DNA from: a bacterium
Lineage (GTDB): Bacteria > Oederibacteriota > PGYV01 > Palsa-1178
DNA length: 27,021 nucleotides
Direction of reading: 5' to 3'
Assembly (NCBI GenBank): GCA_037138355.1
Contig: JBAXIL010000022.1
Location: 1 to 27,021, forward strand
The position numbers and the translations under genes are program-made. Below are positions 1 through 6,637 of this stretch, piece by piece (within the stretch, counting starts at the first letter, position 1; every line of letters starts with the position of its first letter). The notes under the pieces were generated by a model. That model searched no databases. It was given only the letters and a program-made list of their open reading frames with translations, and was not told the origin of the DNA.

Positions 1-36
1 ATTAAAATTTGCTCGCGAAGCTCGCAATAGCATTTC

Positions 37-92
37 AGAGTGCCATCCTCACACGATGGAAGTAGTTGGTTCGAATCCAATCGCGCCTACCA
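37..92 (+). tRNA. tRNA-Val(CAC), 3' portion (D-stem 3' strand to CCA); 5' part missing or aberrant in this window
   Basis: AGAGT-G, anticodon arm CCATC-CT[CAC]AC-GATGG (43-59), variable region AAGTA, T-arm GTTGG-TTCGAAT-CCAAT (65-81), acceptor 3' strand CGCGCCT, discriminator A, encoded CCA (90-92). The expected 5' AGGCGCG-TA-GCTCAG..GG is not present upstream. Confidence 0.8.
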
Positions 93-117
93 TAAATTTT
101 ACGAAGTAAAATTTATG
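91..117. repeat. Perfect 12-bp inverted repeat with GAA triloop directly after the tRNA CCA
   Basis: CATAAATTTTAC-GAA-GTAAAATTTATG. Confidence 0.9.
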
Positions 118-148
118 AGCAGTGGAACAGTGGAGCAGTTGAGCAGTA
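117..148. repeat. 8-bp tandem repeat x4 (GARCAGTN)
   Basis: GAGCAGTG GAACAGTG GAGCAGTT GAGCAGTA. Confidence 0.85.
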
Positions 149-188
149 GATTAGAGAAGTTATTTATAAATTAATTAAGGAGGGAATC

Positions 189-287
189 ATGGCAAATTGT
201 GGATGTGGTTGTGGATGTAATTCAGCTAAACCAGCACCTAAGAAAAAAGTTGTAGCAAAGAAAAAAACAGCAAAAAAGAAAAAATAA
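189..287 (+). CDS. Small 32-aa Cys-rich / Lys-rich protein (MANCGCGCGCNSAKPAPKKKVVAKKKTAKKKK), function unknown
   Basis: Strong SD AAGGAGG at 177-183, ATG 189, TAA 285-287, intrinsic terminator at 343-369; below the ORF-track length cutoff. Confidence 0.75.
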   Translation: MANCGCGCGCNSAKPAPKKKVVAKKKTAKKKK

Positions 288-342
288 CTTTAAAACAGTA
301 GTTTTGGATATATTGTAAAAGATATGAAAAGAAACAATAATT

Positions 343-369
343 AAAACCCAAAGCAAGTGGGTTTTTTTT
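343..369 (+). terminator. Rho-independent terminator after the small ORF
   Basis: AAAACCCA-aagcaag-TGGGTTTT followed by further Ts. Confidence 0.75.
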
Positions 370-380
370 ATTAACAATGG

Positions 381-396
381 TGTGAAATAATTCACA
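381..396. promoter_or_regulatory. Palindromic operator TGTGAA-ATAA-TTCACA (CRP-box / Rex-box like)
   Basis: Matches TGTGA-N6-TCACA exactly and TTGTGAA-N4-TTCACAA with one mismatch; ~30 bp upstream of a TTGACA. Confidence 0.6.
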
Positions 397-426
397 AGCA
401 AGTGTCATTTATCATAAAAATAAATG

Positions 427-455
427 TTGACAAATAAAGGTTGATTTGTTATAAA
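427..455 (+). promoter_or_regulatory. Sigma70-type promoter of the aminotransferase-serA operon
   Basis: TTGACA (427-432), 17-bp spacer, TGt-TATAAA (extended -10; hexamer 450-455). Confidence 0.65.
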
Positions 456-506
456 TTATAGCAAGATAGTTCTTAATTTCACATACTTTTATGGGGAGGC
501 AGTAAA

Positions 507-1664
507 ATGAGGAAAAAATACATTATGGCACCTGGTCCGACAGAAGTACCAGCAGATGTTTTAGTAGAAGCAGCTAAACCTGTAATGCATCACAGAACAC
601 CGCAGTACAGAAAGATTCTAACAGAGGTAGTCGAGGGAATGAAGTATGTGCTCGGAACTGTAAACAATGTTTATGTAATTGGTTCTTCAGGTACTGGAGC
701 TATGGAAATGGCAGTGTCAAATACCGTCAATGCAGGTGACAAAGTTATTGTCGCGACCATAGGTGTCTTTGGCGATAGATGGGAATCAATTGCTAAAGCT
801 TGGGGAGCAAATGTCGTTAAGATAGCAGCAGAGTGGGGTAATGCAGTAAAACCTGCCGAACTCAAAAAAGTCCTTGATGAAAATCCTGATGCCGTGGCAG
901 TTTTTACAACTTTAAATGAAACATCAACAGGCGTTTATAATGATATTGAAGAGTTTGGAAAATTGACTTTAAATCATAAAGCCATACTTGTTGTGGACGG
1001 TATTTCAGGAATAGGTGCTCAACCGTTTTATATGGATAAATGGAATGTAGATATTATTGCTGTTGGTTCACAAAAAGGTCTTATGATTCCTCCTGGTTTG
1101 GCTTATTTGGCTGCGAGTCCAAAGGCCATGAAAGTTGTGGATTTAAATAAATCACCGAAATTTTATTTTGATTTAAAAAAATATGAAAAGGCAGCAACCA
1201 AAGAAAAAATGCCAGATACTCCGTGGACATCTGCTGTGTCTTTAGTTTGTCAGCAGGCAGTAGCATTGAAAATGATTAGAGAAGAAGGAATTGAAAATAT
1301 ATGGGATCGTCATAGAAAACTTTCCCGTGCTGTCCGTGAGGCAATGTTGGCACTCGGGCTAAAACTATTTGCTGCTGAAAATCCAGCAGTGGTATTATGT
1401 TCTATTGTAGTTCCAGACGGCATTGATGGAAAAGCTCTTATGAAAAAAATAAGAGACGAATATGGAATATCTATGGCAGGTGGACAGGGAAAAATGGAAG
1501 GCAAACTTCTGAGAATTGGAACACTTGGTTACACTGACAGGTTTGACGCTATTATGGGAGTCGCTGCAGCTGAAATGGCTCTGAAAGAAATGGGAGCAAA
1601 TATTGAAATCGGAAAAGGCGTTAAGAGAGCAATGGAAGTATTGATAGAAGAGAATTACAAATAA
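507..1664 (+). CDS. PLP-dependent class V aminotransferase (alanine-glyoxylate/serine-pyruvate family), likely acting as phosphoserine aminotransferase
   Basis: N-terminal PGPT, GSSGTGAME, NETSTG, VDGIS, GSQKGLMIPPG (PLP lysine); SD GGGGAGG; adjacent to serA. Confidence 0.9.
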   Translation: MRKKYIMAPGPTEVPADVLVEAAKPVMHHRTPQYRKILTEVVEGMKYVLGTVNNVYVIGSSGTGAMEMAVSNTVNAGDKVIVATIGVFGDRWESIAKAWGANVVKIAAEWGNAVKPAELKKVLDENPDAVAVFTTLNETSTGVYNDIEEFGKLTLNHKAILVVDGISGIGAQPFYMDKWNVDIIAVGSQKGLMIPPGLAYLAASPKAMKVVDLNKSPKFYFDLKKYEKAATKEKMPDTPWTSAVSLVCQQAVALKMIREEGIENIWDRHRKLSRAVREAMLALGLKLFAAENPAVVLCSIVVPDGIDGKALMKKIRDEYGISMAGGQGKMEGKLLRIGTLGYTDRFDAIMGVAAAEMALKEMGANIEIGKGVKRAMEVLIEENYK

Positions 1665-1681
1665 AACGGAGGTGTTTTAAA

Positions 1682-3271
1682 ATGTATAAAATTTTAGTCA
1701 GCGATAAGTTATCTGAAGATGCAATAAATATGATAAAAAACGAAAAAGATGTGGAGTGCACAGTAAAGACAGGAATGACAGAAGACCAGTTAGCGGAAGA
1801 GCTTCCAAACTATGACGCACTTATTATTAGGAGTGCTTCTAAGGTGACTGCTAAGACCTTAGAAAAAGTGAAAAAGCTTAAAGTCATAGGCCGTGCTGGA
1901 GTTGGAGTGGATAATGTAGATATGGCTGCTGCAACAGCAAAAGGTGTGATAGTAATGAATACACCTGACGCTAATACTTTATCTACTGCTGAGCAGACCA
2001 TTACTTTAATTATGGGTATGGCAAGAAATCTTCCACAGGCAGATGCTTCTTTAAAAAATAGAAAATGGGAACGCAATAAGTTTACAGGAATTGAACTTTA
2101 TGGAAAAACCTTAGGAATAATCGGTCTTGGTAGGATAGGCACAGAAGTAGCAAAAAGAATGGCATCTTTTGGTATGAATCTTATAGGTTATGATCCTTTT
2201 ATTACAAAGGAAAAAGCGGAAGAATTAGGAATTGAAACAATGACAGTGGCAGAAGTAATAAAAAAAGCGGACATAATAACTTTCCATGTACCAAAAAATA
2301 AAGAAACCGTTAACATGATAACTTCAAAAGAAATTGCAACAATGAAAGAGGGCGTAATGGTAGTAAATTGCGCAAGAGGCGGCATCGTAAATGAAAAAGA
2401 CTTAGCCGAGGCATTAAAATCAGGAAAGATTAAAAGAGCGGCGCTTGATGTTTATGATAATGAACCACCTTTTGATTCAGACCTTTTTACTGTTGATCCC
2501 AGTGTTATTATTATGGCACCGCATTTGGGAGCATCCACTATAGAAGCTCAGGAAAATGTGGGCAAGGTCATAGTAGAGCAAGTTATAGAAACATTGCGCG
2601 GAGGTATGGTAAAAAATGCTTTAAACATACCTGCTGTGGACCCAGAACAATTAAAAGAAATGCAGCCTTATCTTACTCTAAATGACAAGCTCGGAAAATT
2701 TGTAGCACAGCTTGTATCAGGAAATGTAAAATCAATAACTATTGAATACAGTGGAGATGCGACAAAGTATAATATGAAGTATCTGACCATAGGTGCTGTA
2801 AAAGGTTTCCTTTTTCCTGCTTTGGGTGATAGCGTGAACTTTGTAAACGCTATGTCAATTGCAAAGGAAAGGGGAATAGCGGTTGTGGAGAAGACGACTA
2901 CAGTTACAACTGACTTTCCAAATTTAGTGAGTGTGACTATAGAGACTGAAACAGATAAGCGTAGCGTTTATGGAAGTCTTACAATTAAAAAAGAATCCAG
3001 AATAGTACAAGTCGATAAGTTTGAAGTGGAAATAGCGCCAGAAAAAAATATCATAGTGTATAGAAATAGCGACAAACCAGGCGTGATAGGTCGTATGGGT
3101 ACAGTTTTGGGTTCAAATAATATTAATATTGCGTCTTTTGTTTTAGGGCGTAATAAAGAAGAAAAAGTGGCACTTGGAGTAGTTATGGTTGACAATGAAG
3201 TGCCTAAATCGGTAATTGATTCAATCAAAAATATGGAAGATATATTAGAGGTAAAATATATTACTTTGTAA
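1682..3271 (+). CDS. serA: D-3-phosphoglycerate dehydrogenase (long type with C-terminal ASB/ACT domains)
   Basis: GRAGVGVDNVD, GLGRIG Rossmann motif, NCARGG, PHLGAST, C-terminal ACT (DKPGVIG..NINIA); SD GGAGGTG. Confidence 0.95.
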   Translation: MYKILVSDKLSEDAINMIKNEKDVECTVKTGMTEDQLAEELPNYDALIIRSASKVTAKTLEKVKKLKVIGRAGVGVDNVDMAAATAKGVIVMNTPDANTLSTAEQTITLIMGMARNLPQADASLKNRKWERNKFTGIELYGKTLGIIGLGRIGTEVAKRMASFGMNLIGYDPFITKEKAEELGIETMTVAEVIKKADIITFHVPKNKETVNMITSKEIATMKEGVMVVNCARGGIVNEKDLAEALKSGKIKRAALDVYDNEPPFDSDLFTVDPSVIIMAPHLGASTIEAQENVGKVIVEQVIETLRGGMVKNALNIPAVDPEQLKEMQPYLTLNDKLGKFVAQLVSGNVKSITIEYSGDATKYNMKYLTIGAVKGFLFPALGDSVNFVNAMSIAKERGIAVVEKTTTVTTDFPNLVSVTIETETDKRSVYGSLTIKKESRIVQVDKFEVEIAPEKNIIVYRNSDKPGVIGRMGTVLGSNNINIASFVLGRNKEEKVALGVVMVDNEVPKSVIDSIKNMEDILEVKYITL

Positions 3272-3302
3272 TAGAGGCAATAAAACAACCAATTTATATA
3301 GT

Positions 3303-3332
3303 AAAAAGGTGGGCTTTTGCCCGCCTTTTTTA
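3303..3332 (+). terminator. Rho-independent terminator (possibly bidirectional)
   Basis: AAAAAGGTGGGC-TTTT-GCCCGCCTTTTTTT. Confidence 0.85.
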
Positions 3333-3372
3333 TTATTTATGGGTATATTATTGATTGCAAAATATAGCAAAA

Positions 3373-3381
3373 TGATATAAT
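3373..3381 (+). promoter_or_regulatory. Extended -10 promoter for purA
   Basis: TGaTATAAT, ~70 bp before the purA ATG. Confidence 0.55.
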
Positions 3382-3449
3382 ATTATTTGGCATGAAAGGC
3401 AATTTCTTAATTTCCCTAATGCTAAAAATTATAATAGTGAGGTAAAATT

Positions 3450-4730
3450 ATGTCCGCAGATGTTATTTTAGGGGCTCAGTGGGGCGACGAGGGCAAGGGC
3501 AAAATAGTGGATCTTTTCGCAGAAAAATATGATGTTGTAGTCCGTTATCAGGGAGGCGCTAATGCTGGACATACAGTTATAGTTGGAAAAGAAAAGTATG
3601 TAATGCATTTACTACCTTCAGGAGTACTTCATAAAAGTAAAATAAATATTATAGGTCACGGAGTGGTTCTCGATATGGAATCACTGGTGGGAGAAATAAA
3701 AGGTCTACAAAAACGCGGTATCACAATAACCCCAAAAAATTTATTAATCAGCGAAAATGTAAGTATAGTTCTGCCTTACCATAAGCTAATTGATAAAGCA
3801 AAAGAGGCAAAGAAAAAGGGCGATAAAAAAATTGGAACGACTGGTCGCGGTATAGGTCCAGCATACACAGATAAATATGTGAGAATAGGCGTCAGACTTC
3901 GTGATATGTTTAATGATTCAGTCTTGTTAGCAAAAGTTGAAGAAAATCTTGAGGAAAAAAATTATTTATTGAAGAATCTTTATTCTGAAAAAGAATTGAT
4001 TGCTAAGCAGGTAATTACTGAAGCAAAAAAATATGCGAAAATTTTAAAGCCATATATGAAAAATACGATAAGCGTTTTAAATGATTTGTTGAAAAAAGGC
4101 AAAAAAGTACTTTTTGAAGGAGCGCAGGGAGCTCTTTTGGATATTGATTTTGGAACATATCCTTATGTGACTTCTTCAAATCCGACAATTGGTGGAGTAT
4201 TAACCGGAGCGGGCGTATCTCATAGATATATTGATAAAGTATGGGGAATTACCAAAGCATACCAGACCAGAGTCGGTAACGGTCCTTTCCCAACAGAATT
4301 AGATGACAAGCTTGGTTCAGTAGTAAGAGAAGCAGGCGGAGAATATGGAGCTACTACAGGGAGACCACGCAGATGCGGTTGGTTGGATTTAGTTGCTTTA
4401 AAATATGTCTGCGAGCTTAATGGTTTAAGTGATATCTTGCTTACAAAAATAGATGTACTATCTATCTTGCCACAATTAAAAGTCTGCACGCACTATATTT
4501 ACAAGGGTAAGAAAACGCGTGACTTTGTGTCTGATGGAGAAGAGCTATATACAGTAAAACCAGTTTATAAAAATTTAAAGGGCTGGAAAACAGATCTAAC
4601 AAAAGCAAGAAAATACTCTGATCTTCCTAAGGAAGCCAAAACATATATCAAATTCATAGAGCAATATACAGGCGTTAAAGTTTCCATGGTATCAGTAGGA
4701 CCTGAAAGAGACCAGATACTAAAGGCTTAA
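3450..4730 (+). CDS. purA: Adenylosuccinate synthetase
   Basis: GAQWGDEGKGK, RYQGGANAGHT, IGTTGRGIGPAY, EGAQG, GTYPYVTSS, TTGRPRRCGW. Confidence 0.98.
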   Translation: MSADVILGAQWGDEGKGKIVDLFAEKYDVVVRYQGGANAGHTVIVGKEKYVMHLLPSGVLHKSKINIIGHGVVLDMESLVGEIKGLQKRGITITPKNLLISENVSIVLPYHKLIDKAKEAKKKGDKKIGTTGRGIGPAYTDKYVRIGVRLRDMFNDSVLLAKVEENLEEKNYLLKNLYSEKELIAKQVITEAKKYAKILKPYMKNTISVLNDLLKKGKKVLFEGAQGALLDIDFGTYPYVTSSNPTIGGVLTGAGVSHRYIDKVWGITKAYQTRVGNGPFPTELDDKLGSVVREAGGEYGATTGRPRRCGWLDLVALKYVCELNGLSDILLTKIDVLSILPQLKVCTHYIYKGKKTRDFVSDGEELYTVKPVYKNLKGWKTDLTKARKYSDLPKEAKTYIKFIEQYTGVKVSMVSVGPERDQILKA

Positions 4731-4753
4731 ATCCCTTTAAGGAAAGAAATACA

Positions 4754-6544
4754 TTGAAAAAAGAAGGCCTGTCTATATTAAGTGAGTTTCTTCGAGGCAA
4801 GAGTAAAGGTGTATTCTTATATACTAATACTGATGATAAGGCCGCAAGTTATCTTTTTCTAAATCCAGTAGCAGAAATAAGGTGTAATTATGCTGCTGAT
4901 ATTGAATCACTTCTTATAAAAGCTGAAAAATTTAATGCCAAAGGTAATTATCTTGCAGGTTATTTAACTTATGAAACAGGTAGCTTAATTGCAAAGTCAA
5001 AACGGAAAAGCATAAATTATAAAAAACCAATTTTTTATCTTGGGGCATATAAAAAACCACATATCTTTCATGGACATTCTTTGACATACACTCCTTTGAT
5101 TTCTACTTTAAGTTTGAAACCAAATATAACAAAAAAAGAATATATGAAAAACTTTTCGTTTTTAAAAGAACAAATATCAAATGGTGAAGTTTATCAGGTT
5201 AATTATACTTTTAAAATGAAGGGGAAATATCAAGGAGATTTGGAACAATTGTTTTATTTTCTGTGCAGCAGGCAGAAAACTCCATATTCGGCTTTTATAT
5301 GTGATGGGCATAATGTAATTATGTCATTTTCTCCAGAATTGTTCTTTGAAAAAAACGGAAATAAAATTAGTATGAAACCAATGAAGGGCACTTTGCTAAA
5401 ACCTTGTACTAAAAATCAAATTAAAAAGTTTAAAAAAGACGAGAAAACCTCTGCTGAAAATATTATGATAGTGGATTTAATAAGAAATGATTTGGGGAAA
5501 ATATGCAAGACCGGTTCGATTAAAACAAATCAAATGCGTAAAGTGAAAGAATATGAGTCGCTTTATCAAATGACTTCTACAGTTAATGGCTCATTAAATC
5601 TAAAAATACATTTTAAAGCTATTCTTGATGCTTTATTTCCTTCTGGTTCTGTTACAGGGGCGCCAAAAATTAAAGCAATGCAACTAATAAATAAGATAGA
5701 AAGAGAACCAAGAGGAGTCTATACGGGGGCTATTGGTTTTGTAACTCCTGGATTCAAAAAAGCAGTATTTAATATTCCAATTAGAACACTTGTAATAGAC
5801 ACAAAAACACATGGTGTGGATTTTGGTACAGGTAGTGGGATTGTTCATGATTCAAAGGGAGAAGCTGAATATGAGGAATGTATAGGTAAAGTTAAATTTA
5901 TCAATCAAACAGGTAGTCAGGCACTGCTCATAGAATCAATCTTACTAAAAAACAATAAATATTTTCTATTAGCACAACATATAAGACGGCTCAAAAACTC
6001 AGCTGAATTTTTTAACATAAAGATAGATTTTATTAACTTGGTCAAGCAATTGAAAAGGGTAGCTTTGGCACAGAGGCCTGGCAGTTCTTGGAAAGTAAGG
6101 CTTCTTGTATATGCAAATGGACATACAACAATAGAACACAAAACCATAAATATAAATCTTGCTGAAGTAAAGAAAATAGTATTATCAACAAAACAAACTA
6201 ATAGCCATAATATATTGTTAGCTCATAAGACAACAGATAGGAAGTTATATGATAATGAATATCAAAGATATAAAAAACAGGGTTATTATGATGTGATCTT
6301 CACAAATGAAAAGAATGAAATCACTGAGGCACATGCTTCTAACATAATAATAAAGAAAGATGGGCAATATTACACACCCCCTGTGTCCTGCGGACTGCTT
6401 GCAGGGACTTATAGAAATTATTTAATGACAAATGGCTATATGCTTTTAAAGGAAAGGGTTTTAAGCTTTGAAGATTTGAAAAAAGCAGAGGCGGTATATT
6501 TGTGTAATTCAGTAAGAGGTCTAAGAGAAGTAACTTTGGTATAA
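4754..6544 (+). CDS. pabB: Fused aminodeoxychorismate synthase component I (PabB) / class IV aminotransferase-like ADC lyase (PabC)
   Basis: Chorismate-binding motifs GEVYQVN, SPELF, KPMKGT, ENIMIVDLIRNDLG, FPSGSVTGAPK; C-terminal HIRRL, HKTT, ITE..SN, GLLAGTYR, NSVRG; TTG start. Confidence 0.88.
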   Translation: MKKEGLSILSEFLRGKSKGVFLYTNTDDKAASYLFLNPVAEIRCNYAADIESLLIKAEKFNAKGNYLAGYLTYETGSLIAKSKRKSINYKKPIFYLGAYKKPHIFHGHSLTYTPLISTLSLKPNITKKEYMKNFSFLKEQISNGEVYQVNYTFKMKGKYQGDLEQLFYFLCSRQKTPYSAFICDGHNVIMSFSPELFFEKNGNKISMKPMKGTLLKPCTKNQIKKFKKDEKTSAENIMIVDLIRNDLGKICKTGSIKTNQMRKVKEYESLYQMTSTVNGSLNLKIHFKAILDALFPSGSVTGAPKIKAMQLINKIEREPRGVYTGAIGFVTPGFKKAVFNIPIRTLVIDTKTHGVDFGTGSGIVHDSKGEAEYEECIGKVKFINQTGSQALLIESILLKNNKYFLLAQHIRRLKNSAEFFNIKIDFINLVKQLKRVALAQRPGSSWKVRLLVYANGHTTIEHKTININLAEVKKIVLSTKQTNSHNILLAHKTTDRKLYDNEYQRYKKQGYYDVIFTNEKNEITEAHASNIIIKKDGQYYTPPVSCGLLAGTYRNYLMTNGYMLLKERVLSFEDLKKAEAVYLCNSVRGLREVTLV

Positions 6545-6579
6545 TTAATGACCTATTGAATGGTATATATAACACTATA

Positions 6580-6616
6580 AAAACAAAAAACGGCTTTTAG
6601 GCCGTTTTTTTGTTTT
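6580..6616. terminator. Bidirectional terminator between convergent pabBC and aconitase
   Basis: AAAACAAAAAACGGC-ttttag-GCCGTTTTTTTGTTTT. Confidence 0.85.
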
Positions 6617-6637
6617 GTAAATAGTATGTTGAAGTGT

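Noticed and set aside
11..92. A complete canonical tRNA-Val starting at position 11
   Set aside because: Two acceptor-stem mismatches, A instead of U8, and an oversized D-loop lacking the conserved GG; reported only as a partial or aberrant tRNA.
3382..3449. Purine or other known riboswitch upstream of purA
   Set aside because: The leader is only ~60 nt and shows a single stem, with no recognisable three-way junction or conserved aptamer motifs.
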